From NCBI GenBank assembly GCA_950097015.1, contig CATNEN010000001.1:9548001-9612000 (forward strand): 64,000 bases of DNA, in the 5' to 3' direction. Shown piece after piece: positions 26,023 to 39,290 of the stretch. How positions within the stretch are numbered: the stretch's first letter is position 1; every line of letters starts with the position of its first letter. The stretch comes from Macrostomum hystrix. Lineage: Eukaryota > Animalia > Platyhelminthes. The notes beneath the pieces were generated by a model that was not told the origin of the DNA, made no database searches, and was given only the letters and a program-made list of their open reading frames with translations. The position numbers and the translations under genes were made by a program.

Positions 26023-29000
26023 TCAACATTCTTCCATCCGTGATCGCTTCTCAGCCAAAGCATCCATCTCATTGTCTTCAGTCTGGTTTACCCCAGTTTC
26101 ATCTTCAAGACCTGCCTTCAACCGCTTCTTACAATCCACTCGCTGACGCATCTCGTCGAAGCCAACCTGCAGCTGCCTGTTCAGTAGCGGCCGATGCTGT
26201 CTGGAACGCAGTTCGGGCACCAGACCCGAGACCAAATGAAGCCAGTTTGGTGTAGCCGGGCGCAATGGCATGTGATCTAGAGCTAATCGAGTCAGCCTAG
26301 ATCTAACAATCGATTCGGACCATTGTCGCTGCAGCGAGGTGTCAATATGCTGACGAGCCTCCAACGAGCAGCGCCACTCGAGTCCATCAAACTCGGTGTT
26401 GGACAGGATTAACGGCAGGCCATCGGCCAGGACATACTCTGGCTTCCTGTGGAGATACGGAGAAAAATTTATCCTCAAGTTTGGAAACACAGCAATTTAG
26501 CTAGGAATTCTCATCCCTAGAAGGTGGAGTTTATCGGGAAATCTTACCTTAGACTATGGGTCTCTGGGAAATCTCATGTAAGAAGCGCTAAGAGAAGCTT
26601 GGAAAATTCTCACCCTTTTGAAGATTGGAATCTCTAACCAAATCTCACTATAGAGTATGGGAAATCTCACCCTTAGAAGATAGGAGTCTCTAGGGAAATC
26701 TCACCCCTTAGAAGATGGGAGTCTCTAGGGAAATCTCACCCCTTAGAAGATCGAAGTCTCTGGGGAAATCTTATCCCTTAGAACAGGGGTAGGCAAACTT
26801 ATTTGCTGGCGGGCCAAAGAGAGAGCCTAAAAGACGACAGCGGGCCGCATTGACTGTATAAATATGAGATAGGGGAGAGATGAGACACGGGAGAGATAAG
26901 ACAGGGAAGAGATTAGACACGGGAGAGATTAGACACGTGAGAGATTAGACACGGGAGAGATTAGATACGGGAGAGATGAGACACGGGAGAGATAAGACAG
27001 GGAAGAGATTAGACACGGGAGAGATTAGACACGTGAGAGATGAGACACGGGAGAGATGAGACACGAGAGAGATGAGACACGGGAGAGATAAGACAGGGAA
27101 GAGATGAGACACGGGAGAGATAAGATAGGGAAGAGATTAGACACGGGAGAGATTAGACACGGGAGAAATTAGACACGGGAGAGATTAGATACGAGAGAGA
27201 TGAGACACGGGAGAGATTAGACACGAGAGAGATGAAACAGGACACTGTAGATGTCAGAAGGGGCAACGGGCCGGATTTGGGAGCTTCGAGGGCCGCATCT
27301 GGCCCGCGGGCCGGAGTTTGCCGACCCCTGCCTTAGAAGATGTGAGTCTCTAGGGAAATCTCATCCTCATTTCACTTTAATTCTCACATCAAAAGATTAT
27401 ATTTCCCCAGCAAAGATAACAAGCCCCACCTAGGATTAGCATCCACGTCAAGCAGTTTGTTCACAATGTCCGGCTGTTCCAGTCCAGCTCCAACCAAAGC
27501 CAGCACCGAGAACATGTTGCGAATCTGATGATACAGAAACGCTGTTGCTTTAACACGGAATGCGAACATGGCGCGATGGTCGTCTGTTGAGTCGTGCTCA
27601 ACCGGTTCAATGTCGCATTCCAGAACTGTGCGCTCATAGTTGGGCTGGTCCGGTGAGAATTTCGAGAAGTTTCGAAAATCATGATGACCTAGAATTATGA
27701 AGTTTAGTTACTATCCACACAATGGATTCTAATAACACTTAAGTCTACAACAATCTAGGCAGTCATAAACCTAGAAGATTATCAATCTAGGAAGTCATAA
27801 ACCTAGAAGATTATCAATCTAGGAAGTCATAAACCTAGAAGATTATCAATCTAGGAAGTCATAAACCTAGAAGATTATCAATCTAGGAAGTCATAAACCT
27901 AGAAGATTATGAATCTAGGCAGTCATAAACCTAGAAGATTATCAATCTAGGAAGTCATAAACCTAGAAGATTATCAATCTAGGCAGTCATAGACCTAGAA
28001 GATTATCAATCTAGGAAGTCATAAACCTAGAAGATTATCAATCTAGGAAGTCATAAACCTAGAAGATTATCAATCTAGGAAGTCATAAACCTAGAAGATT
28101 ATCAATCTAGGAAGTCATAAACCTAGAAGATTATCAATCTAGGAAGTCATAAACCTAGAAGATTATCAATCTAGGAAGTCATAAACCTAGATGATTATCA
28201 ATTTAGAAGGCCTTATATCCTAGTATCAACACTGAGCAAGTTTACCACTGACCAATGAACCGTTGGCAGGCGTCTCTCATAGCTTCAATGTCGAATTCCG
28301 CCCTCAGGAAATGATACAGATATTCTCTGCTTCTGCAAGCAAACCTGGCGTTGAAATCGGGTGCAACAGGAGCCCAGGCTAAGACTCGCAGCTCTCTGGG
28401 TAGGACCCGATTCAATGGTCCAATCGGATCAACTTCGTTAGCCTCAACATCTTCAGTAAGGGGAGGTTTTCTCCGGCTGTGAATGTCGGGCCCACTGCCG
28501 GGCACACAACCAGTGGAGCAGTCGGCCAATAGGCTGCGTATATTCACCGAGACAACATTAGCAAGAGCCGATACGCCTTTGTCCGTGCGAGCGCACGACA
28601 CCAGATTGCAACTGTCCGCAGACTCAATTAGTTGAACTCGCTTTAAACCTTCGCATAGTCTGCCTAGCACTGTATTGTCTGTGTTGTCCTGTCAGTGCGA
28701 ATTTCGGATAACTTATCAATAATGAATTTAATCTCAATAACGAAAGAATGCCGAATGCTACCTGTCACTCTCATAGAGATACTTGTCACTCTCATACAGC
28801 TATTTGTCACTCTCATAGAGATACTTGTCACTCTCATACAGCTATTTGTCACTCTCATAGAGATACTTGTCACTCTCATACAGCTACCTGTCACTCTCAT
28901 AGAGATACTTGTCACTCTCATACAGCTACTTGTTACTCTCATACAGATACTTGTCACTCTCATACAGATACTTGTCACTCCCATACAGATACTTGTCACT

Positions 29001-29949
29001 CCCATACAGATACTTGTCAGTCTCATACAGTCACTTGTCACTCCCATACAGTCACTTGTTACTCTTATACAGACACTTGTCACTCCCATACAGATAACTT
29101 GTCACTCTCATAGAGATACTTGTCACTCCCTTTCTGTTAATTGTCACTCTCATACAGGTACTCGTCACTCCCCTTCTGCTACTCATCACTCTCCTACAGA
29201 TACTTGTCACTCTCGTACAGACACTTGTCACTCTCATACAGATACCTGTCACTCTCATACAGATACGTGTCACTCTCATACAGATAACTTGTCACTATCA
29301 TACAGATGACTTGTAACTCTCATAGAGATACTTGTCACTCTCATAGAGATACTTGTCACTCCCTTTCTGTTAATTGTCACTCTCATACAGGTACATAACA
29401 TTCAAACTGAGGGGATAAAATTTAAACTGAGGGGATGACATTCAAACTGAGGGGATGACATCACTCCCCTTTCTGCTACTCATCACTCTCCTACATATAC
29501 TTGTCACTCTCCTACATCTAATTATCACTCTACTACCCTACTTGTCACTCGCAAAACATAACTCTTCACTGCGAAAAAACGACTTCTCGCTAAAAACCCC
29601 ACGCACAAATCTATTACCCTGCTAAAGGTAATTTTGAATTGGTTTGCTCGCTCACCTGCATTGCAGAGCCATCGAAAGCCCAGCCCAGATAAGCGATTCG
29701 CAGAGCCACCCTACGCTGTCGGAATTGTTTGAAATCAACCCGACCCTCGCGAATGCGACGCCCCGGCCGGACTTTGCTAGATTGAGACGATGCAATTGCA
29801 TCAGCGAAATTATCCGGAGAAGTTGACAGCAATGGTCGCATTCTCACAACTTGATCTTCCAATTGTTTAACTCTATCAATCAGTTCTTCGCGGGTTAGCG
29901 TTGCTAAGTAACCAGCGCTGTGGCCGCCTTTAGATGGCAAGGACGACAT
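26023..29949 (-). CDS. PUS3: tRNA pseudouridine(38/39) synthase, TruA family; 4 exons, ~470 aa
   Basis: Exons 29949-29656, 28688-28253, 27688-27430 and 26446-26023 total 1413 nt, with GT-AG boundaries and matching phases. Motifs: RRVALRIAYLGWAFDG, catalytic CARTDKGVSA, FNARFAC.SREYLY, GHHDFRNF, ATAFLYHQIRNM, PRKPEY..A...PLIL. Confidence 0.93.
26784..27330. mobile_element. Non-autonomous hAT (Charlie/MER58-like) MITE carrying an internal 16-bp minisatellite, in PUS3 intron 3
   Basis: TIRs CAGGGGTAGGCAAACT / AGTTTGCCGACCCCTG; perfect 8-bp TSD CCTTAGAA (26776-26783, 27331-27338); subterminal GGGCCG motifs; internal (GGGAGAGATTAGACAC)n. Confidence 0.92.
27755..28205. repeat. 32-bp minisatellite (CTAGGAAGTCATAAACCTAGAAGATTATCAAT)n in PUS3 intron 2
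   Basis: About 14 units. Confidence 0.93.
28760..29550. repeat. 21-bp minisatellite (CTTGTCACTCTCATACAGATA)n in PUS3 intron 1
   Basis: Tandem units; the source of the TCHSHTD/VTLIQ ORFs. Confidence 0.92.
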
Positions 29950-30064
29950 GGACCGAATTGTTAACTGTATGTACCGACGCTGAAATACGAAATATATGGT
30001 GCTTTCAAGCGGAGAATGCAAAGACTGATATCCTAACAATGTGAATTAAAATTTTCTAATCGTT

Positions 30065-31372
30065 GGGATAACATTCAAACTGAGGGAATGACATTCAAAC
30101 TGAGGGGATGACATTCAAACTGAGGGGATGACATTCAAACTGAGGGGATGACATTCAAACTGAGGGGATGACATTCAAACTGAGGGGATAACATTCAAAC
30201 TGAGGAGATAACATTCAAACTGAGGGGATAACATTAAAACTGAGGAGATGACATTTAAACTGAGGGCATGACATTCAAACTGAGGCCATGACATTCAAAC
30301 TGAGGAGATAACATTCAAACTGAGGCCATGACATTCAAACTGAGGGCATGACATTCAAACTGAGGCCATGACATTCAAACTGAGGAGATAACATTCAAAC
30401 TGAGGCCATGACATTCAAACTGAGGCCATGACATTCAAACTGAGGCCATGACATTCAAACTGAGGGCATGACATTCAAACTGAGGGCTTGACATTCAAAC
30501 TGAGGCCATGACATTTAAACTGAGGGCATGACATTCAAACTGAGGGCATGACATTCAAACTGAGGCCATGACATTCAAACTGAGGAGATAACATTCAAAC
30601 TGAGGCCATGACATTCAAACTGAGGCCATGACATTCAAACTGAGGGCATGACATTAAAACTGAGGGCATGACATTCAAACTGAGGGCATGACATTCAAAC
30701 TGAGGGGATAACATTCAAACTGAGGGGATAACATTCAAACTGAGGAGATAACATTCAAACTGAGGCCATGAAATTAAAACTGAGGAGATGACATTTAAAC
30801 TGAGGGCATGACATTCAAACTGAGGCCATGACATTCAAACTGAGGAGATAACATTCAAACTGAGGCCATGACATTCAACCTGAGGCCATGACATTTAAAC
30901 TGAGGGCATGACATTCAAACTGAGGCCATGACATTCAAACTGAGGAGATAACATTCAAACTGAGGCCATGACATTCAAACTGAGGCCATGACATTCAAAC
31001 TGAGGGCATGACATTCAAACTGAGGGCATGACATTCAAACTGAGGGCATGACATTCAAACTGAGGGGATAACATTCAAACTGAGGGGATGACATTCAAAC
31101 TGAGGGCATGACATTCAAACTGAGGGCATGACATTCAAACTGAGGGCATGACATTCAAACTGAGGCCATGACATTCAAACTGAGGGCATGACATTCAAAC
31201 TGAGGCCATGACATTCAAACTGAGGGCATGACATTCAAACTGAGGCCATGACATTCAAACTGAGGCCATGACATTCAAACTGAGGGCATGACATTCAAAC
31301 TGATGGGATAACATTCAAACTGAGGAGATGCTATTTGAACTGAGGGGATGACGTTCAAAATAAGGGGATAAC
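30065..31372. repeat. 20-bp minisatellite (ACATTCAAACTGAGGGGATG/GCCATG)n upstream of PUS3
   Basis: About 65 units in perfect 20-bp register. Confidence 0.96.
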
Positions 31373-32887
31373 TTAGAATTTTATTTAAGCTAAAATAGGT
31401 TAATAACGGCCAATGAAACTATTGTGGGTAGGGCCTAACTAGTATTATACTTTGAGGTTCAATATAATTTATAATCAGAGAATAAGATAGAAAAATAAAA
31501 GATAAATAGATATCTTTAATGTGCTAAATACCTTAGTTGGAATGATAGCTAGCTGGCAAAAAAAAATTTGCTAATTATTTTTTGTTAAAATTACATTTTC
31601 TAAATTACAACAATATTGAAAAATACTAGGCCTAGGGCTAAGCAATTAGCATTTGGTTAAGCCTTACAAATGCAATTACTTTTAGCTATTATGAATATTC
31701 TTTTAGCTTAAAATAGCTAAATTAATGTAGCTATTATTACTATAACAAAAGCAAAAAATTAAAAAGGGATAACATTTTTGTAAAAAACTAAACAAACAAA
31801 TAGACACTAGCCTAGGTCTAGCCCTAGGATTGGAAAAAGCAAATAAATATATATAGTAACAAATAAATGTAGAGAAAAGATTTTTATTTACATAGTAGGC
31901 CTAAGGTCTAAAAATAGTGTATAACAATGTCTAAATTTTAAGTTGATAAATACTTTTATAGGTCCAGGCATAGTCTATAGAAAGTGTTTTATATCCAACT
32001 GATTGATTAAAAGGCTATAGGCTCTAATTAATGAACACAGCAAAGTGTTCAAGCTTGCATTATATTCTTGATTCGCCTAACCTTCATTAAAATTTTATGA
32101 TGAAGCTTTAAAGTAAGTAGCTTTAATAAAAATTAAAAGCCTACTCTAGCATTAGGCCTAGTAGATGAACACACCAAAAACACAAATTCGCCAAAATAAA
32201 TTACCTAGGCCTATCAAGCATAGAGCTGTAGCACATATTTGGACGATAAGACCATCATGTGATATCACAAATTTTCATTCTTTTTTTGTTTTGTTTTGTT
32301 AAATGAGCAGACAAACACCACAACGCGTCAAAAAAGAACCAAGTTCAAGATCCTAACCTACCACCCACAACCCACAATTTTACAAAGCTACTTGACAGTC
32401 TTACCCAAAACCCACACATAAAAATATTACTCTTATTGTCTGTTTATTTATTTATTTATAATTCTAAAATTCATTGAGCACATGGCCTAGGCACACGCGA
32501 ATTAATTACTTGTATTGACAACTAGGAACTAGCGCTGTTACGACAGTCGAAAACCCGTCCCAACGCGGCATGCCGAGGCTGAAACTGAGACCAAATGTTC
32601 GTATCTAAGTATATACATGAGCCCAACGAAAATATTAGTAAACAAAAAATCCTTTACGTTTTAGTACACTAACTTATAGCTGAAATATAATTCTTAGAAT
32701 ATTTTTACAGTATATTTTTGTAACTGATGTTTGTTTTACTGTGCAGAAATAAAAAAACATTTAAATTATACAAGTTTTAAAACATCGTACTAAAACTGAA
32801 CCGATTTGTGTACTTCTGTATTAAACCTTTAACACTCAGTAATTTGTGTTTAATAATAAAATAAATTAGCATGTCAACTAAATCATT

Positions 32888-35519
32888 TTAACAGCTGGCA
32901 GGCACATCACCTAACAGGAGCAGCTCAACACGTCCATGTACTTCGCCGCTAATTGAATCGTCCTTGACAAAAAATTCATCGACACCGCAGACGACTGAAC
33001 CTCCGCCGCCACCGGAATGTCCGTAGCCCAGTCCAGCACCACCTCCACTGAAGCCGCCGCCGGCTCCGCCTGCGCCCTTCACGATCGAACGGTTGATGCC
33101 GCCGCAGCCGCCACCGCCGCCTCCACCGCCACCGAAGCCACCTTCCCCGCCTTGAGCGGCCTCCAAAGAACCTAAACCGCCAATGCCTCCCACCCAGTCC
33201 TCGGAAAGACTGCCACCATTATCACCATCGCTAGATCTGAGCCTTTGATTATTTGTCTTCCCAAGCCAGCCCGCACCGCATCCGCCATGGCTGCTGCCAG
33301 CTGGTGTCTTAGATGGATCGCTGTATCCCGGCAGTCCATTGACACCGCCGAATCCACAGTAGATTGCGTGGCCACCCAATGAGTCGCTTCCATTTGCTCT
33401 AGTCAGACCTGGCCGGCCTATTTTAACGATAAATATTTTGCATTCAGCGACATATATAGCAGCAGTTTCTCAGAGAGAAAATAAAATTATCTTTGAACTC
33501 TGAATATTCTATTTCTCGAACATATGTATTAGTTTAGGTGAAGAGTGATCGCGCATTTTCAATCTCTCATTGGTAACATATTTTACAGTATCACTGCCTC
33601 AATCGTTGTCTTTAAAATAAAGCTCTAGTGTCTCTTTGAGCTTGGGTTTTCGCCCAGTGATTAGAGCTTCGAGCACATAACTTGAGAAGCCTGAAGTCTG
33701 ACGTCGGAGAAAAAAAATTCTTCAGAAATACAGGTAATTTATTGTATAGACATTTACGAGCTAATGGGTCTCCCATTAGGTGCTCCAGATTAGCTTATAG
33801 TCCAAAATGAGAACTATCTCTCACCGGGGATTTGTGACGAAGACCCTCCACCTCCGCCACCTGCAGCTAGCAGCAGTTTCTGATGAGCTATCGATAAATG
33901 GTTGTCGAAGACGCCGGTGTATACAAAGCTGCCGCCGCCGCCTCCAGGACCTGCGTCAATGTGAGTCACATTGCCGCCAGCATGTCCAACAACGATAGCA
34001 AGTCGAGTGCCCGCCTTCAGGCTGAATTTGCCAGCCACTGTAGCTCCTATGCCGCCGATCGAAGCCCTGGCCGAGTTGCCACCGCCGTTGGCACCTTTGG
34101 CTCGGATGCGGTAGCAGGCAGTCAAGTTAATGCTCAAGTTCTGAATAGAGCCTAGTCGGCCAGTACTTGTATCTGCATATTAAATCAGGCAAAGGTACAG
34201 TTTATTATATTTTAATTGCATCGTGATTTTTTGCTGTCAATATATCTAGATGCAAGTCACTCAGCTGTAACGCACGCTTGGTGTATATCAATTTTTGACT
34301 CATTGGCTGTTCTATTTTTTGCACACTACAGAAAGCCACATCATGTGACACTTTTCAACCAATAAGACATCTCGAAGGAACCCGCGAGCCCACATCACAT
34401 GACGGCATGTTGAGAAATGAATTTTAGCACTTCGACGAGCTTTATTAGCTCAACAGGCCGCATCTACCTTCAACGATTAGCAGCTGCAGTTAACAGGTAG
34501 AAAGCCAAGCCAAAAAATGCAGAATAAACTGAAAATTAGCATCGCATCTTGCAGATTATGTCTGTCAAACAAGTAAAAGTAACGGTTTAAGCTCAGTATA
34601 CCAGTAGGGGGTGAGTGGCAGAGAGGTTAACTCTCGCACCACGGTCATAAGTTCGATTCCGCGGCGAGGCCACATTTGTTTGACGCGCAGCCGCGGAGAG
34701 AAGGCTTGGTGGCTTGTCGTGCAATTTACGCCATTGAGGGCCAACCTCCAAGGCCCAGTGAGAGTGTACACTGCCTGACGATGAGAAAGTCAGAAGATTT
34801 ACACACCTGTGAGTGAGTGCCTGCGTACAGTATCTGTGTGCGTGGGTGCTCAGGAGGCAGCGTAACGGGCAGAATTGCCTCCTCGCTGGCTGCAAGTCTA
34901 GTCTCACCAATTACATTATGTACCAGTGCTTACAACCCTCCTGCAATAATAACAATAATAATTTATTAGGTGTACGAGTCCTTCAAAGAACATCTGTTAA
35001 TTACCCAAAAATATCACAATCAAATACCAAACTGATAGATGTCAGAAAGAATTGAAAAGGTATTTCGAGTATTTTTCAAAATATACGAACTGAAAGCGAC
35101 TCACTTGAAAACAAAAGTTTGATATTGGCATTCTTTCGCAGCACATCGTCAAGGTTCTCCAATGCCCAAACAGTTCGACTAGAGCCAATCTCCGAGCTGT
35201 TGAAGACTCGGGTCAGCAGACTCTCCAGAGTTCCAGAACTGCCAACGAGAATGACTAACTGGCAGAATGTTTCGGTGAAATCATGAACAAGCAGAATGCA
35301 ATATTTATGGCGACACCTTAACAGACAATCGGCTAGCGATACCACGTTGGCCTCGGTAACTGCGGCAGTGCTAACTGCGGTATCCAAGGTGACGGATTGA
35401 TGCAGCTGAATGAACCTCACAGGTGTGCAGCTCGTTACTGAAGCGGCCGAGGCTGAAAATTGACTAACAATTTTGAACAGCAAGCAAAGGCTAATGCGAA
35501 TTTTAGTTAGCTTTTGCAT
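32888..35519 (-). CDS. Secreted protein: signal peptide + PAN/apple-like Cys domain + ALK/LTK-type glycine-rich domain; 3 exons, ~430 aa
   Basis: Exons 35519-35105, 34172-33825 and 33417-32888 total 1293 nt, with phase-1 GT-AG introns. Hydrophobic N-terminus; SLADCLLRC...C....D.....CQL; YRIRAKGANGG, LAIVVGHAGG, GGGGGSFVY, LLLAAGGGGG, GGEGGFGGGGGG, GGAGGGFSGG are typical of ALK/LTK-like Gly-rich domains. Confidence 0.75.
34607..34962 (+). mobile_element. tRNA-derived SINE family B
   Basis: A-box TGGCAGAGAGG, B-box GTTCGATTCC, (AAT)n tail; homologous copies at 39597, 61975, 3395 and 54965. Confidence 0.88.
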
Positions 35520-36494
35520 GCCTTCCAAAGCTTATTATCTGATATTAGTAAAATTGTTAAACAAATTTAGAGAAAATGCCTATATATCTACCGAGTGTAT
35601 TGCTGCCACCTCCTCAATGCTTCCCATCACCCACACTAACTAACCGGTCTTAACTGGCACTTAAGTATGTGTCAGTCTTCACATAGGTGCCCAGCTTATT
35701 ACAGTGCATTGACATCGCCATTTTTTCTTTTGTATTGAAATATTGACATGTTTGAGAACAATCTAATGATAGAATCTTGACAAGAAACTCGATAAAAATT
35801 TATCAATTTCTGAATCAAGCTTCTCTAGCTCATCTTGTAGACGCATTTATAATTAATTAAAATATTTCAAAAAGGAGTTTTCCGGATCTAAGATCCTATG
35901 CATCTTTAGGTTGACTATATGGCGCAGTACTGATCAAAATGTTTGTGTTTATCTGTTCAGAATCACCTCAGTACTTTTATTTCCATATCTCTAATATGAA
36001 TGTGAATGTCGGTCATATAGAGGCGTCAACTGCGTTTAGAAGTACATTTCGTAGATGCGCAATAATTTATCAGCAAGTGCAGACTTAGCATCGATGACTG
36101 AACGGCTACAGAAACTGCAGAGTCGCTCATTCATCTGAAGAGAGAGATGATCATTGGTCAAATGAAATGGTGATTCGCCCTACAGAAAGTCGTCTCTATA
36201 CCCCAGCAATAATCAGCTGTCCGCCTGGGACACATCAGTCGACGGATGGTGCCTCATTTAGTTGCTAATGGCCTTCCGATAGGAAAGAGGATATACTATA
36301 GAATAGAAATAAAAACTGGGATCTCAGAATCAAAAGATTGGGAAAATTTTTCGACTCAAGACAAATGACCGGCGATTTTCCGTGATGAGACCATTAATCC
36401 GTTAGCATTATCTGGAGCAGAGGTCCGGAGAGAGCTGAATAAATAGGCGGAACGTGCTGCAACTGAGACTAAGAACACTTTCGAGGAGCCAGCA

Positions 36495-39290
36495 ATGCAG
36501 AAACTAACGAACTGTCGTTCATGTCTGAACTCCTGTGCTGTAAGTATCTGTGCTCATGTAATAGTTAGCCTCTTGTATATACGTTATTCTATTATAAAAA
36601 TTATAAAAATAAATAAAATTAAAAATGCGCCAAAAAAATAATAATTTGTTTATCTTTGTACCGTATCAAAAGTAATACTGTATGTAAATAATTTTGTTTT
36701 AAATCGCATATTATAAATAATATTATGTAAAATGCTCCCGTTTAAACAAAAGTTAATTTTTCTCACTATAAATAGCCGCACTTTTGGTCTGGAAAAATAA
36801 CCTGTGAGTGAGTTCGAGAGAGTTCGAAAGTGTTCGAAGTGTTTCAGTGAGTTTGTAAGAGTGTTTCGAAGTGTGTGTTTTTAGAGTTGAAGTTGAAATT
36901 GTTGAGTTGAGTTAAAGCTGAAAGCCTTTGTACAAGAGTATTAAAGTGTTTCAGGAGAGTGTTTAAAGAGTTTAAAGTTGAAGTAGTTTTTCAAGAGGTG
37001 TTTGTAAATATAGTTTTAAGTGTGTTTAAAAGATAAATTTCCGACAGCTTTGCATTGTGTTATTCATTTTAAAGGAAGATAACAGTGAGAAGTATAATTA
37101 GAATTATACTCAGAAGTTATACTAAGAATATTATCGAAGGGAACTGCTAAACTCTAATCTCGGGGACGCCTAATCGGCTGGAAAAGTATACAGTTGCCTA
37201 ATTACCGCTCGTGCATATATAAACGCTACCATTTGAGAAGTTAAAACGGCCCTTTTAAGGTCCACCAGTTAATGTGAGTCAACTGTAGTAGAAATATTAA
37301 AATAGCCCAGTACAACTTTGATAACCACGGTGATATAATTAATTTCCACCTGTACAACTTTGGTGGCATTCAGTAGAAATAAGTAAAAAGAAGTAAGCCC
37401 TGGTACACTCAGTCTGTAACAGTGCGTCAGCACAGATTTCCGACTAATAGCGTTCTTTCAACAATTTTTCAGATTCGCTCAAGTCCAATTCTAGCTAATT
37501 TAAGTCACGCTGTCAGCGATGCTCTATCGAGAAGCTCAGCTCACGGCATCAACAGGATACCAAAGTCGAGGGATCTCACCACGAAGATTATGTGGTCGGT
37601 TCTGTTTCTGCTGTTTTTGGGCTTCTTCTGTAGCACAGCCGTCAATCTGATACAAAAGCTGACGCATGTAAAAATAGTCAAGACTTACAAATTGGACAAT
37701 ACTCCGTTTGTATTTCCCGACCTGTACCTGTGCCCGAATCATCCCTACTCCGGTAGCTTTCCGTTCGCACTGAACGAAAGCCAGGCCAATCAAGTGAATG
37801 ACGAAGTCGAGAAGCTAAATAATCTTTACAGCGTGTTATACTGCAGCAGCAACGAGAGCTGCGAGGCGCCCTACAACCTGACCAGGTTCCGCGCCGCGGT
37901 GATCCAGCACTCTCTTCCGGTACACATGATGCACCAGCTCCTGCTGCACCGGCTGTCTCAGTCAGTGCTTCGCAAGCCGTTCGTTTATTCAGAGGTGCGA
38001 CGCAACACCAGCAAGATCCAGCTTAGAGAGGCCAGTGTGCCGAACAACATGTTCCTCATGTGCATCCAGCTCATTGTGGCTGACGAAGAGAGGCAAACTT
38101 TCGCAGCCAGGAACAGCCGCCTGTCCATCGAGCTGTTCACGGATCCGTTCTTTCCCGAGCTGGGCTACACCGGACAGCCGATCAAGCCGATTGTGAATCC
38201 GCTGAATGGCGAGAGCGTACCATTTCTATACTGGCACCCGGAGTTCGGTGAGCAGCTGCTGAAGAACTCTGGCTTTACGCTGCTTATTGTTCCCAGGGGA
38301 GTTTATCCGTCGATCGCGCACGAGACTCGGCTCAAGCTAGCTCCGGGCAAGTCCTACGAGATTTCGCTGCGCATGGAGGAGAATCGCTACAGCGAGGAGC
38401 TGCACGGCGGTCACTGCCAGCCCAGGCACGCAAACGCGGTGTTCAAGGATCACCTGAGTGACGAACCCCTTGAGTTCAGGTACAGCTACGCGGCCTGCTG
38501 GTACGAGTCACTCAGCACAGCCTGGCAGAGGCACACTGGTCACATCTACTCCGACTATCCGGTGCCCTGGTCTCTGAGGCAGGCGCCACGATGGGAAAAT
38601 CTGAGCGAGGCCGCCGAAAACAGGACCATTCCCAGCTACCTGGCAGTGTGGGACTACATCAATTCACAGGAGGCAGAGGTGGCTAGCAGCTGCATGCACC
38701 AGAGTCCTTGCGTGTTCCACAACTATCACGCCAGGTATTCCTTTGATAACTGGCCCTCGTCTGGCAGCTCCATTGTGGAGTACTTCTCTGAAGATGCCAA
38801 TCCCAGTGAAGACTCATCGGCCCCCGCTCTGGCGCAACTGCGAAGAGTTGCTCGAGAGCTCAAGCTCGGTGAGTTCAATTTCAGCGAACTAAAAATCCTG
38901 TCTCTGAGTACTTTACCGCAGATACTCGTATTTCCTTGCGAATCTCAAGGCAACCATTCAGCTCACACCGAGGCCATGTTTCGCAGCTTCATCTCAGAGT
39001 CCATGCTGGAAGTTCGCATACAGGCTGAGAGTGCCCTATCGCCTCAGGTGCTAATTTCTCACTCTTATTCTGGCACAGCCTTCCTAGCAGATATTGGAGG
39101 CCTATTGGGACTATACATCGGCTGCAGCTTGTTGACTGTATGCGAACTACTGGAACTGCTGTACCAGCTGATACTGAGTGCGGCTCCCGCAGCCAGGAGG
39201 CGCCCGCGTCGAGGAGAAAAAGATCTGCAGGTGACAATCGATGTCATTGCCGAAGAGGACGGCGCCAATCTGGAGATCACCTGTGCTTAA
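36495..39290 (+). CDS. DEG/ENaC (ASIC/FaNaC-like) amiloride-sensitive sodium channel subunit, ~620 aa
   Basis: Pre-TM1 SSAHG, TM1 WSVLFLLFLGFF, FPDLYLCPNHPY, Cys-rich thumb (YSYAAC), TM2 FLADIGGLLGLYIGCSLLTVCELLE. Main exon 37473-39290 (TTTCAG| acceptor). Proposed first exon 36495-36539 (ATG...GCT|GTAAGT, phase 0) is less certain. Confidence 0.9.

Noticed and set aside
35505-36510. Divergent glycine-rich and ENaC genes both start MQKLT
   Set aside because: Codons differ and no extended inverted homology is seen; probably coincidence.
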